This document shows, piece after piece, positions 25,200 to 44,500 of a stretch of DNA of 64,000 bases (positions are counted from its first letter, which is position 1; every line of letters begins with the position of its first letter). Position numbers and translations under genes: made by a program. The stretch lies in NCBI RefSeq assembly GCF_009914755.1, contig NC_060937.1; one strand, given 5' to 3'. This DNA comes from the human T2T-CHM13v2.0 reference genome, Homo sapiens. Below the pieces are notes generated by a model, which worked only from the letters and a program-made list of their open reading frames with translations, ran no database searches and was not told where the DNA came from.

Positions 25200-27869
25200 T
25201 TAACTTGATATGTAGGAAGTACTAAAAAACGTCAATTGTACCTAAATATATTCCACTATTTTCATATTACAGATGAGGAAAATGAGACTTGGAGAGTTTC
25301 ACCAATACACTCAAGGTCTTATAGCTCCCTAGGGCTGGACATATGCTTAGAATGTGATGGCAGTGGGAGAGGCCATGGGGAGGGGTGTACCTTGGTTCTA
25401 GGAAACACAGAGATAGTAGGAAAGTAGCATGGGAAGGACTCTATATCAAATGTGTATAAATCTATAACAAAATTCAGGCCCGAGGGTAGACGTGAGGCTG
25501 CTGATACAATAATAGCAGGAGAGATCTCTGATTCCACCCTTTGGGAGGCTCTGGCATGTTGGCTTTCAGCCGGTTCCTAAATCTTTCAGCCTGTCTTCTC
25601 TGCAGTGAACCATCCGAGGGCCTCTGTCCTTTCCTTGTATTTCTGGTCCTCTTGAATCATCCTCTTCCTCACATTTGTTTCCTCTCAGGTTCCTCATCTC
25701 TTTAGCCGATGTGGCTGAATGCCAGGTGGTATCCTGGCTAAGGCTCAGCCAATCCTGGCTTATGGGAACAAGAATGAGAACCTCGGGATTCTACACTTCA
25801 TCCTAATTCCTTGGATTTTTAAGCTGTGTTTGTGCTGAGCTGGGTGCATGCTGTGTTTCTGTAGTCGATTTTTCCTCATCAGGGAGTCTCTCTTGCATAC
25901 ATCTTTCCTGAACCTGGTACTGACTGATTCCCCTGATTTTGAGTGTATTCTCCTAACAAAGGCAAGCAGTGCACATTGGCACAGCCGCTTGGTATTTTTC
26001 CTAGAATGCTAGAAGGAAGCAGACATTCATTTGGTTTTCGCCAGTCTCTCTTTGTCTAAATTGTCCCATTTGGCTCAGCCCGTTGGCTTTAGTCATTAGA
26101 AGGGGGATGTAGGAAACTGTTCCTCTTGGTTTATGAGCTTAAGCCCAAGTACATCAACATGTGCCTTACCAGGACAGAGATTTACATAAATATTCCTGGG
26201 CTATCAGAGTTCTGTGAAGAGTGTTTCTGCATTCCAGATGTAGGGCACGCATGTCCAAATCCCATGTGGAGGTCACAGTTCACTAACTCTGGAGGGCCAC
26301 CTAGAGAAAAGAAGTGTTTCAGGATAATCACTCTGCAAACTGTAGACAAGAGACCCAGAAACCACCATTCTTTTGGTGCTGTTTAGAATTTGGACAAAGA
26401 GCCACAGACACATTTTTGAGGTGAGGAGAACTGCGTTTTCCTTTTCATAATGTAAAAAAACCCATCTTTAGCATTTTTGGAATAAGCAATATTCATCTCT
26501 CAATTAGTGTTAACAGCTAATCAGGGTGCAGCAGGATAGTAGAGCTTTCCTCGAACAGCAGGCAGCTTGTTTTATTTTTTCAATGCAGCTTAAAGATTAT
26601 TTGAAAAATCTCCTTCAGAGACCAGTGTGCGGGGAGCCACCTACCCCAGTCAGAATTTAAAATGATCCATAATACAATATTAATGATTGATGCAGAAGCT
26701 CACAGTTTGGGGCTGGGGTTTAATTAGATAAGCATTGCAGCTGTTTTCGGGTGGAAGCAACTTGATAGGACGTGGAGCTGTTATGTGACTTCCCATCTAC
26801 AGGGTATCTATTGAAGCGGAAACAGAAGCAAGCTACTAGGAATTATGATGATTACATTTTTTTTTTCAGTGCTGAAATGAGTAGAAGTCTGATTGTAGGG
26901 GAGGAAAAAGCATTTTGTAATTAAAAAGGTAGGTTTGGATCCTCTATTCATTTGCTCATGAACTTAACATTCATAGAAAAATCAGCTAGTTGCAGGCAAG
27001 CAAAGATCTGGCAAGCTATATGTAAAGAAGTTACATGTGTGGCTCTTTTGGCCTGTACCACTTTGCACGTACAAAATCCTTTTGCCTCAAACCCATCCTT
27101 CCCTTTGCAAACATCAGGTCATGTCAGGCTGCCTAATGTCTTATGCATGCAGACAAATACCTCTAATGGGCTGCTTTGGAATTGCTTTCTCACCCTGAAA
27201 ACTTGAGAAGAATTTAAACTGGGGTCCATTTCACCGTATGTCACTTTCTAAGTCAAAGGGACTTGTCAGCATTTGATTACGATAAGAGGAGTTTCCTGTG
27301 TCTCAAGCTGGAAATGGCTAGAACGCACTGTGTAGTCTGTTTACAACTAAGCTTCAGCCTGTATGAATGACCTCTAGTCATGAGAGCCATCTCATGAGGG
27401 CAGTTTATTGAGGCTTATTGTAAATTAAATGCCCCAGATTTCCAGGATTTATTCCACCACAATGAGGCTTGGAACTCTGTACATTTAAAGTGGTTTTGTT
27501 AAATTGATTTTTAAATTATCTCTACCTAATAAAAAGGAAGCCTGTCTAGGTGTTTTGTGTTGTAAAATAATTATACTAGCCATCTGGTTATCTATGAGAT
27601 AAATTTTTAATTGTTTATTGTCAATAACTACAAAATGTGAAGTCACATGAGAATGCTAAGTGTATTATTTTTATTGTGTAGATGAAGCTTACTGAGTCTT
27701 CTCCTGATTGTTCTAAATCAATTTCTGCCTGACTCTTTGTGAATAGGGGAGAAATGAATCTTTTGGAAGGTGCATTAACTCTCTCAGGTTATTGTCATTC
27801 TTTGCACTGAAAAGGGACTTAAGCACTGCTTTCTCCCTTCCGGTTAGAGGTGTTGGAAGGTGAAGAACT

Positions 27870-28090
27870 AGGGATTAGAAAGCTTGAAAAACGGAGCCCT
27901 GGTTTGTCCATTTTCTAGCTGTGTGATCTTGTTCAGTTTGCTAAACTTTGAGACTCTCCTCATTTGCAAAATCAAAACAATAGCACCTGCCCTGCCTATC
28001 TCACAGAGTAATTCTGAAGATCTAGTTGGATGACACATGTCTTCAGGTTGAGACCTGAAGCTAGGCATGTCTAATATTCTGCACACAAAC
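27870..28090 (+). mobile_element. MIR
   Basis: 'tagctgtgtgatcttg...ctcctcatttgcaaaat...tatctcacagagt'. Confidence 0.65.
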
Positions 28091-28642
28091 TGTAATGAAT
28101 TAATGTAATAAATCAACAGGGGCTTCAGTGAGGCAGTTCCCTGCAGTCCATGCTACTGAGAATAGATGATTCTGTCTCTCTTAAACTTTCCATTGATCAA
28201 GGACGATGGTGAAATATTTGGATTTCTAAAGCTTCTTCTAATAAGTAATAACTCTTACCACCTGCCTATTTTGAGAGGTGTGGAGAGAGTGTAGGGTTAT
28301 TCAGGCAGATATATAGATGAAGAAAATTAGATTGTGCATGACCCAATGAATTACAAGTCAGACCTTGGACCCAGGACTTCTGATTCCAAGGTGAGTGTTA
28401 CCTCCTTTACAGCGGATTATCTCTGCAGACAGTATGTAAAATTAATGGAAATGAGGAGATGGGCTATGAGGGAAATGTGTGATCAATTCTGGAATTGCAG
28501 AGTGCAGATGTCAACAAAGCAGGTAATTCATTAAAGAAGATCAATAGGCTGAACAGCATGGTTGCCATGAGATGGACCGCAGATCACTATTTTGTGTATA
28601 CAAGAGATTTGGCTATATTGTGGATTTAAAAAAAAGTAAAAC

Positions 28643-29043
<401 letters not shown>

Positions 29044-29679
29044 TCATGCCTTTTCTAATTGATGCTGATGGAAAAGCTGACAACAATAAGTGATAGGGTT
29101 ATTGTAATACTCCATCAAGATCTTTGAGGATAGAGATGGATTATAGTGCTTTAAACATCACTATAGATCCTGAAGGCAATCAATAAATGCTACTAAGGAT
29201 GGGAAAGCCTGGTGGACTGCTGAGTAAGAGGTAGATGTGAATATTTTGGATAAAGGGAATGTACAGAATGTAGGAAATGCTAATACATAGTTAATGCATA
29301 GGCAATAGACACAGGGCTTGTAATGTATAGACAAGCACTTACCTTGTAGAATAATGGTAATTTTGATGAAGGATAAACAGCAATTACTTTTAATTTATTG
29401 GTATCTATTGGTCTTCCAATCCAGTGAATAGTCTTTCAGAGTTCAAATTTGGGCTGCATTATCCATCCCAAGGTTAAATTTTCCACTGAATAGCAGTGAC
29501 CCCAAATCAAGCTACTTTTCACATGACATAGTCACGCACTCGGCTGAACACTCCTGCAGCACTTTTCACATGCCTCTGTTAAGCAGTTGAGGCCACAGCT
29601 CTGATTGAGATGCCTCAGAGAAAGGTTATTAAGTGAGAAGAGTAGATGGCCTAACATCAAGCATTAAGGCACCCCAACA

Positions 29680-30010
29680 CTTATAGGCTGTGTAAGTGAG
29701 GATTTGAGAGGTAGAGCCAATGAGTAGCTGGGGACAGGAAGACAATTAGGAGAGGGTGACATCACTATAGAAATCCAAGGAAGAAAGTGTTTCACAAAGA
29801 AGGGCGTGGCCAACAGGGCTGAGTTGTCGGGGAAGATGAGGGCTGAAAAAGGTCAGTTGGCTCAAGTAATATGGAGACCACTAGAGAACTTGGCAAGGGC
29901 TGTTTTAGTGAAATGGAGTGAGCAGAAATCATATCTCTGTGGGTTGAGAAGTGAGTGAGGGTTGTGTAAAGTAAACAGAAAGTACATACAACGATCTCAC
30001 TTGCAGTTAT
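29680..30010 (-). mobile_element. L2 fragment
   Basis: Purine-rich 'tcactatagaaatccaaggaagaaagtgtttca'. Confidence 0.55.
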
Positions 30011-30499
30011 TTTAGAATCCATGATGCCATTTTTCCATGTATTCCCCTAGAGTCACAGTTAAGACAAGCTGTGAAGGTTTCCATCCAGAAAGGCCTCCCA
30101 TCCATCTGGAGCTAATATTATTTCCAGCACTCAGGGTAGCTCCTGAGAACCAACTAATCCTGTTGCCAGCCCACCTGGTGTAGGATTTCCAAGAGCAGCC
30201 GGCTTCTTCCAGAGAGGCCTGAGTCCTCCAATCCATCAGAGACTTCAGAGTCCAGGTCTGTGGACATTTCTAGGTCGTTTCTTTCCCCCATGACTCATCC
30301 ATGTCTTTCACACAAACTGAACAAGGTCCTCTGGTCACTGTCCTCTTCACGTGGCCATGTGCTTCCTTCTCCCTGGACCTGATGTAATTGCTCTTCTTCT
30401 AAACTTTTCCGCTGTGCTCTGTGGAACCTCTATTAGTTGCAAACAATTTCATGCATGCTCTTCACCTAGTTACAGAAAGTTTCACCATTTCTTTGCTCT

Positions 30500-33550
<3,051 letters not shown>

Positions 33551-34181
33551 CACTTAGGCTGATGAATAATTTTAGGCTGCAGTGCATGCAGGCCATTGTC
33601 TCAGCTCCACTCTAGGGAATTAAAGAAGCAAAGGCTTTTCATCTATTTATTAGGATTCTCCTAAAGAACCAAGTGGTACAAAGACCCAGAATTATCAGGG
33701 AAACCAGCCCAGTAGCCACGCATTTGCTCTTACCTTCCCTATACCTTCATGACCAGTATCATTCTCAGGAGGCGGTGCCTTTCTATTTCTACCCACCTGC
33801 CCCACCTACCTCTGTTTGCTGTTTTCATCTGGAGCACATGGTGTGGTTTGCCTCACTACGACAATCCCTGCTTCTTCTGTGGGAATGATCTCGACCTTGG
33901 CAAAGGTCTAGAAAAGAGTGCAGTTGGGTGCCTTCCTCCCACAAGATCCCCCCTAAGTCGTGACCTGAGGATGGAAGTTTTCTCTTGTGCCTGGATCCAT
34001 ATGTTCTATGTAACTGTAAAGCTGATGCCCAGTCTTATCTCTGGGGTAGACTTCACAGGTTGTCTGGGCCCCATGTGTGTCTCATGGAAAGAGCGGAAGG
34101 TCACAATGTCCCAAGGCTCCTCCAGGAGTTTGGAAGTATCTGCTGCAGATGGCTAGAGACAGATGGTTTTGAGTGGCTTGA

Positions 34182-34547
<366 letters not shown>

Positions 34548-35049
34548 TAAAGACTTCTGATTTTCACACACTCATTAAATCGCTTGGAATAGGGAGAAAG
34601 GATGAGAGGTAAACATTTTGGCAAGAGGAAGGTGGGAACTAGTGGTAAACAGCTAGAGGAGAGTCCACGGTGAAGGAGGGCTGGAGGATGGACGTGCTTG
34701 CCTGGTTGCTATGCAGAAAACACCATCACTGGTACACTGTGCCTTTTGCAGGCAGTGTCGTTTTGCTCGTTTCCTGCTCCATCCCTCCAGATTCCCTGCA
34801 TTTCAAGACCATACCATATTAACTGGTAGCTCACTAACCTCACACCCTTCTGGGTTCCTTGGCCTGAAATTCTCTTTCTCATGAATTTTCGATTGAACTC
34901 TTATTCCTTCAAGGACCAGCTCCAACGCCAACTCCTCCACGAAGCGCTCTCTGATACCTATACTGGCAACCTCAATGAAATGGATTTCTCCTTCTTGCTT
35001 AGTCGCCTCAGCATTTTGTGTTACTTTAATACTTTTTCTGAGAAGTAAC

Positions 35050-35230
35050 TGGTTCAGTTAAGAGAAAGACTATAGACTCTGTAGAGTCAGACAGACTCAG
35101 GCTCATGCACAATTGATGATTTAGTCTGTGTGACCTTGGCCAAGTCACTTAACTTCTCTAGGCCTCTGTTCTCCCACCTTTGGAGGTGCAATAATACCCA
35201 AATCAGACGACTTTGGTGAGGATGGGGAGG
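35050..35230 (+). mobile_element. MIR
   Basis: 'tgtgtgaccttggccaagtcacttaacttctctaggcctctgtt'. Confidence 0.8.
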
Positions 35231-36979
35231 AGGAATATGAAGCTCTCTGCATGAGCTCCGTGTTCTCTAAGTTCACCCTGATCCATTGCATCTGCTGGGC
35301 ACTAGGGCTACTGGCTTCCTCATCCTCATTAGACAGAAAGTTCTGTGAGTGCAGGGTTAATACCGTTATCAGTATGACATGTTCCTAGAGGGCCTAGCAC
35401 CATGCTTAGTAAGTGCACATCAAATGTTTGACATATGAATTCCAATTTCCTTAGACTGTTAATTCCCAAATTTGTTCACCTCCTGGTGCTCCTAGAAAGT
35501 GGAAATATTTGTATGGATAACCTGGCGGGGCTGTGAGGGCATCGGTGTGGTGCTTGGTGAGAAGAGCAGATCCATTTTCTTTATCCTATATAATTATGGT
35601 AAAGAAAATAAGGTATTAAGAAATATATTAAATATTTTATTTGTACAATACTTTAAAGCACGACCTCTTTAAATTAGTGGCCCAAGGAAGTTATAAGAAT
35701 AGAATTCCAATATAAGTTCAAGTGATTCTGAAAACATTCCGTTTTGCATTTTGTATTCACTATGAAATATTTATAAATATCGATAACTCTCAGGACACTG
35801 GGAGTCTGTCCTAGGGAACACTGATGAGGAGGAAGAGCTTTAGTCAACGTTTGTGTAAAGTGGCAGACTGTTTTTGAAGTGAGGAAGCGGACTGGCCTAC
35901 AAGTGATGCCCTGGTGGGGGTCAGAAGTGGGTCAATGCAGCAGCAGGAGTTAGTACAGCACGGCCGATCTGAGCCCAGTCACCTGGCAGGTAATCAGCAG
36001 GTAATATTGCCTAAATACTTCTTGACTTTCAACGGAGCCCAATTTCTCCTGTTTTCACTCAGAAGGCACCTTGATCTTCAATGAATGTCCTTTGTTAAAT
36101 TGCAAGGGACGTCCTAATAAGGTCACTGACTTCTTTTGGGCATGGCTCACGTTTGTAACTTGGAGTTCCTGATTCTGCATCGCATGTAGGTTGGCCTTGT
36201 TTGCTGTAAGATTCTGGAATGACTTTGAATAATGCTGTTGATTCCAAGGGACCCACTGCCTGCCAAAACTGTGTTCCAGGAGAAGAGATGGAAAGGAAGC
36301 AGAGAGGTACAACCTCAGGGATTGGAAAATTAGACAGACGTAGCCATCTGTTACCGCTTCCACCTCGCTCATGGGCGGCTGTTATTACAAGGCTATTTTT
36401 ACAGGTGCATATTTTTGTTATGTTTGTCCTCCACTTGTCTTTCTGGGCTCATTTTGCAGCACTTGAGGCAATCCAGGGAGCCCTTTGGCTCTGTAAAAAC
36501 TGCAGGATGGCTCAGAGCCTGGCATGGTAGGAGAAGATCTGTCCTGACATTCTGGTGTATTTCTACATCCAAGGATGGGAAGGGCATTTGGTGGCAATGG
36601 TGGGAGAGAGGGCTCAATGGGGCACCAGTGTGAACAGAGGAAAGACGTTGAGCAGACATATTGGGTTACTTCCACGATAACTTCAATTTCCCCACACATG
36701 CCAAATGAAATACTTGCAGGGCACACTAACCTCAATAATACAGAGAATAGTGAGACCAAATTGAACTCAAATATATGTGGGCACATAAGTATTTCCACCT
36801 TTATAATCTGACCCTAAAAGTGGTGATATACAATATGCCAAATCACCTGGGCCTCAGTGAAACTTCTTTTCATGTTGTGTTCTATTTTACTTCTAGAAAT
36901 TACCATTTAGAGGGAAGCTCAGATGATAAAACCCAAGCATTCCAAGCTTTCTTTCTGCCTGGCACAAGTATTTATCATT

Positions 36980-37960
36980 TGTTTACATTATTCATACATT
37001 AAATGCAAAGCAGTTATTAAACATCCACCATGAATCAAGTACCCTGATAGATGCTGAGGACACAGGGCTGGATAAAACCGTCCTTGCTCTCAAGAAGCTC
37101 CCAGTCTAGTCTACAGATTTGCCTAGTGTGATACGTGCTGTTATGAAGATCACAGGGTGCACCACGGAGAGAGAGAAGAGGGGAACTTAAATCAGCCTGA
37201 GCCGTCAGAGGCACTTCATGTAACAGGCAGTGTGTGTGCCTGGATTCCTTTCTTCAGGAGGAAGGAAATACTCATTGGGTGAATCAAGACAATGGAGGGA
37301 ATAGGACATTGGTCTGAAAACAACAGCACATGCAAAAGGTCCTGAGGTGGGAGCAACCTGGCCCATTCTTGGTAGAAGGGACAGCAGGGAGTTTGATAAA
37401 GCCAGAGGACAAGGTGTCTGGGGGACAGGGAGAATGGTTGATGAGACAGGAGAGATAGGTGAGCACTAGATCATGAAGGGTCTCCCATGACAAGCCAGGA
37501 CTTTCTTGTGGGGACTTTCTTATGAAAACCATAGGGAGCTGGTGAAATAGTGGGAATAGATGGCGGCAGCTTGGCTGTTTTTGAATTTGAGAGCAACCAG
37601 CTCGGTGGCAGGAGATGGACAGTGCAGAGAATACACTGAGTGACATTGAAGTTAGAGGCAAATTGATCAAGAAAGGGGTGAGGGCCTGAATGGTCGTAGT
37701 AGCAGCAGGGATGGAGAAGAGGAGAGGATGCTGAGAGCTATTTAGAGAAACTGGTGTAGATAAGGATGAATGTCTGCATGGATGTAGGGGACCCAGGACA
37801 AAGAGCAGTGAAGGATGACTCCAGAGTTTCTATGTAGGGAAATGGGTGGGTGGTGGTATCATAAGCGGAGACAGGGATTCAGGAAGCAGAAGTGCATATG
37901 GAATGGGGGAGGGACAAGAAGAATTCCACTGCAGCATCTTGAGTTGCAGTTGCCAAGTGA
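36980..37960 (-). mobile_element. L2
   Basis: 'ccttgctctcaagaagctcccagtctagt', 'tgcaaaaggtcctgaggtggga', 'aaggatgactccagagtttct'. Confidence 0.75.
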
Positions 37961-39129
37961 ATAATCCTGCGTTCATTTTCTGTGTGGCATGAACAATCCC
38001 ATTGTCTACAGAGTGGGCCTGATGTTCTGTATCTTTGAGAACTGTCTCCTGATCTGCTCTTCTGTTCCCTCTCCACCTCCTCCTCCACATGAACCCCCAG
38101 CAGTCTTCCTGCTGCCCTCTCTATTCATCCCCCTCATCTGTGAGTATCTTTCCTTTGACACCTCTTTCGAGCCTCTCCATCCTCATATGATTTTCCGTGC
38201 CATCTCATTGAAAATCACTGTTCCCCGAGCAGCACCACGTGGCATTCTGTGTTGCTCGATGTCTGCCTTCCCTGATGTTCTGCTCTCCCTCACAGAGGTG
38301 GGGGCATCCAACATGATGGGAGTTAGCTCGTCAGGGGTGAGCTCGCGCAGCTGCAGAACATGAAAATGGCTGGCTGAATGCAACACGGTCCATGAGAGAG
38401 GTCCCTGGAGGTTGCTGAATATCTGTTTGAAAAAGGAGATCAAAATGACTGTGTTGTGGGCCATGGGGATGGAGAGACTCACTCATTCTTCACAACTATC
38501 TTCTCTTTTGGTAGCAGCACCCTCAGGCCTCTGGCTCTTTGCTGTGGCCAGGAACTCCCTGTGGGTTTGGGATGTGGTGGTGCTGCCAAGAGAGACCCAG
38601 CTGACGGCCTTCCTCTCTGGGTCAGCTGGCTGCCCCTCCTGCATCTGAGGACTCCCTTCTTCACATTGCTCCTCTTCTTCCACTTCCTGAAGCATGGTAG
38701 CTGAGCAATCTGAGCGGGTCCATTTCTGATTCTATGGGAATTTAGGCCCCAGGGTCTTCAAGCCCTCCTTCCGATAGGGAAAGCACTGCACATCACAGGG
38801 TGACTGTGACCTTGGCCTGGGCCTTTGGCGGACAGTGACCAGAGTCCTCCCATCTTCCATCAGCTGAGGTTCTCACCTGTGCACCTGACCATCTTGGTAT
38901 CCACATAGGAGGCTCTGAAGAGTACATATACTGGTACATCAGCGTACATTCTAAGCTTGTTAAAGGCAGAGATGTGGTATATCCCTTCAACACCTAATAC
39001 TTGCCATATAATAGATGCTCAGTAAATGTGTGTTGTTGAAAAGGTATGTGACTAGGTAAATTTCCTTGAAATGATCAATAGTAGTTTATATATACATATA
39101 TAAGTAATACCACACTATTTTCATCATAG

Positions 39130-39370
39130 CTACTGTTTTTTGTTTGTTTGTTTGTTTCAGCACCTACTATGTCAGGCACTATTCCAGGCATTCTATGCAC
39201 ATTATTTCTAATCATCTCAACTAAGTGCATTCATCTTGTTTTAGACATATATTTATTGAGACTTCATGAGGTTAAGTTGCCTTTCCAAGGCACATCAGAA
39301 GTATCCTGAACTGAGGTTTAAATATAAGTTATTTTTAGCAATATCCATGCTCTTTCATGAGCTCATTCTC
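39130..39370 (-). mobile_element. MIR
   Basis: 'gcacctactatgtcaggcact...gaggttaagttgcctttccaagg'. Confidence 0.65.
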
Positions 39371-40516
39371 ACCAGCAAATATCTTTGACAATCAGGTCTA
39401 TATGTGAGTCAGCACCATCACGCCATCCTTTGGTCTGGGGCTCTGCCCCGTACTTTCCGCCATATGCAGCCACCAGCCCTATAGCACTCTAGCATGTGTG
39501 TGACACGCACGTACATACACACACTTTTCCCTGCCTCTGCCTCACTCATACCCCATGCTCCACTAGGAATGGGACCCTTACTCTTCCATAAAATATTTGA
39601 TGCTTTCTTTCTTCTCTGCTTCTTTTTAGTGCACATGATTCTCTCTTATTACAGTTTTTGCTTATTCAACACTCTTAAGAAGAAATACTCATCAATGTGT
39701 GATATGTTAATATATTGCCTTGGCTAGTGCTACATGGTTCAGCTATTTTTGGAAAAAAAAGAGGATTTCTAGTTTGCCGATACAAATTGGTTTCGCAATA
39801 TATTTCCCTATATGTTAGTCTTTGTATTTCTCCTCATTTTCCCCCCTCGTCTAAGGTTCCCTTTCTTCAATATTTTCCTTTTGCATCTGTTGGGACTTTA
39901 ATATTGGGGTTTCCTTGGAAACTTGTTACTGGAAAATACTGAGCCATTTTATTGTAGGACTGGGTAAATACTGTGACTTATTGTGGCCAGATCAATTTAA
40001 TGGCAAGGAAATGCTTATGTTCCAAGACCAATAATTACAATCCATTCCTCACTGGCTTTCCCGCTTCTGGCATGGCTCCCTGCAGTCAATCCTTCATGCA
40101 GCTGCCAACTTCATTTTTCTCACCCGCTGCTCTGACAGCATCACCTCTCTCATCCAACTCCTACAGTCGCTATTACCCCTCATGTCCATCCACACCCAAA
40201 GCTATCCCCTTAGCTTCAAGACCCTCACTACCTCAAGAGCCTTTTCCCCTCCAGTCCTAGCTAGCATTCTGCTGACAGTACTTTCACACAAGGACGTCCC
40301 TAGCCCTTAGAGACGCTCACTCTATCAAGAATTGATTGGCAGCATGCCAGTGGATTCCAGATGGATTTCTCAGTGTTGCTCCCTTTGCCTCTGAATCCCT
40401 TCCCAATACTTCTGTTCTCCCAGCCACACTCTTTGCCAAGCGTACCTGCTGAAATTTCACCTCTTTCCTATAGTCTTTTTCATTTAACAGAATGATAGAT
40501 TGTATGATATATTTTA

Positions 40517-41560
<1,044 letters not shown>

Positions 41561-44500
41561 TGCATTTTTAAACTCACGAAATAATTTTTGACGTTTGCTT
41601 TAAGAGGGTTTAAGTAGGATGAAACAAAAGCAACTATGTAGTGCTTTTCAATGGATCCATAGTAAGGGATGTGCTAATGTGAAGATGGGTTGTACCTGCT
41701 TCAGAACCCAGTGGTAATAAATGAATATTTCACAGTGAACAGTGAGCAGCATTTGTTTGTTGAACAGTTCAAATCTCAGAAACAGTGGGAGAGGTGATAA
41801 TTCAAAAAATTGTTGAGTGTGGTTAGCTGAGTAAGTCAGTATACCTTAGGGTCTAAGTGTTTTAGGTGCTCATCTTCATTTTATAACACTTGTGGTTCTG
41901 TGATGTCAAAATAATATGTTTGTAGTAGAAAATATGGAAAGTACGAAAACACATACACACTTGTGTGTGTGTGTGTGCATGCAGCTCGTTTGCTAAGTGA
42001 AAAGTGTACATTCCCCTCCTTGCCAAGAGAAGTCCCCCTGATTCTCTCCCATGCCCCTTATGGGGCATTGCTCCATGTGTGTAGGGAGTCCTGTGTGGCT
42101 GGGCTGGGACACATGAGTCACAGGGATTACCCTTGTCTCTCTGGCATGGGACTCAGGCTATATGTGACTTCTTTTCCTTCAGTTTACACCTGATCTTACT
42201 CTTGAATCTTAACTCTCTGATGACAAAAGAGTCAGGAAAAGATGAAACCAAGGAAAAGTGTACCAGTGACAAAGAGTATTGTCCATTAAGGCCCACAGCA
42301 AAGTTGGCCTAAGTGCTTCCTTCCCTCTTCCAGGCAGGAGGCAGCTTGAGGCCACGCTACATGGCAGAGACCTTACTGCATAGAGCCCAGGTTTTGAACA
42401 CCTTCTCTGGTCATGGATTAAGCTGGAGCCCCTAGCACCACAGACCTGTATCCTTGACCTTGATCCTATTGCAGCGCACCTCTCTGTGGTGTCCCTGCTT
42501 GTGGCTTTGAGCTGTCCCTCTGCTCAGTGCATGCCATTGCATGGGTCACAGTGGAGGTCCTCCTTGCCATACAAGATGTGTCCCATCTTTCCCAAGGAGG
42601 TTCCCAGTATGTAGGTAGATCAGAGTTTTCAAATGAAAGCACTTCATACTCAGCAAGTATGCTGCAGTCTCAAATTTTGGGTTTCTTTCTTCAATTCCCC
42701 CAAAACAGATGCTGTTTCTTGAGATGATTTTGTTATGCAAGAGAAGACTGGTGCAAAAAAAAAATTGAGGAAGAGTTGAGCAATGACTTTCCTCCCCTCA
42801 CTTGTTATTGTTTATTTCTTCATCTGGCTTGATGGCAAATTCAATGGAGAAGGTGCCAATCTATCCACTCTTGCTTCTAGCAGAGTCACAGAATTTCTCA
42901 CATTAGAGTCACTCTGAAAAACCCAATCAATATTTGCTTAAAGAGCAAATCAGAGGCACCATTCTCATTTGAAAGTTAAGGTCCCCTTGGGATGGGATCG
43001 GCAAGCCAACTTCCTTCGTTTTTGGCTTTCCTCCTCTCTCTCTCTCCAGGGTTTTGATTCTCACTACCCTCTCACCTTCCTGCTTAATCCCCAGCCTCCA
43101 TATGCCATCCATTTTTCTGGACTTTCTGCTGTGATCCAGGATTTGGAATTGGTCCTCATCCTTCCTGTTTTCACAGCAGGCCAAAAAAAAAGTAACAAAG
43201 GAATTAAAATCCCTTATGAATCAGCAGTTTGCAGAGTAGACTTCTCTTACGGATGCTTCTCATTAATACCAGGCAAGGTGTTTATTGATAGAAAACTGCA
43301 GAGGAATTTTTACAAAGTTTTTTTTTTATGTCTTCGACTCCCCCAAATAATCAGGAAACCTTTTCACTGATATACCTTATACATTTTAAATCAGAATTTC
43401 TTTTGGTGGCTTTTAACTGACGAGGCCATAGGTTTTGAGATATGCTCAACTAAAATGAATGAGGAGACCACAGGAGAGAGCTCCAACGTGGCTGACATGT
43501 ATAGTGGACAGAAAACAGAGACCTGCGTTGGGCTTTGTTTATTCTTTCAAGTCTCTAAGCTGTTGAATGACAATACCCTGTATGGCATCTTAGCAGAAAT
43601 GACCTGCATTTTTCATTTTTTCTTTGGTCCTCTAAAGCGTGGTGTATACCTTCTGTGTGGTTCAGATATCTTCCATATCATATTGGAGCCTTATTAACAT
43701 GCCATGTGTAATACATTGACATTAGAAATAAGTCAAGCACATTGTGTGCGTGTGTGAGAGAGAGAGTATGCAAATAAAACCTAGTTCAATTTTCATAGCT
43801 ACCTAGAAAGCATCTATTGTTACCCTCCTTTCACAGATGTAAAAGTCAAGGGTCAGATAAGTGACATAATTTGACATCTCACAGTAAGAGAAAGAGCTGG
43901 GATTTGCACGAGGGGTCTGCATTTACAAAACCAGTGTTCTTTTCATCTCTATGCTGCTGTTCCTTTGGTGGTGAAAACAATGATTATCTATCAGTCCCCT
44001 TGCCCTGCCATTTTCTCTCAAGCATTGCCTGGCTGAGAATAGTTGCCCAACAGTTGTGAATTTCCTTCCTTCCGTTTCCTCCTTCTCCGATCTGGCCAAG
44101 TTTCTTGGCTGCAGGCATTTACAGACTATCAAAATTCTCAAAACAGTTCAAACCAGTTCTGTGTATGAGCAGAATATAGAATCTGTCATAATGTTGGCCC
44201 CCTGAAATTATGTTTTTATACACTATGCTTTTCAAATTGGGGCCAATCAACTCGTCATTCACTGAAATATTTTCAGCAGAGATTACACTGACACATGGGG
44301 ATGCATATGTCACATTTTATAGGGGAGGTTTTAAAATATGATCATTCCACTGGCATCGATTCCTTGTTAACCAAAGACGAGGTTATTTAGATGCATTGAG
44401 TGTGGCTCTTTTGGATCAACTCAGCTACTTTTGATCTTACCCAGACTTTTACAATTTTGTCTTACAAGGATATAAAAAACAAAATTTCATCCTCCTGATA

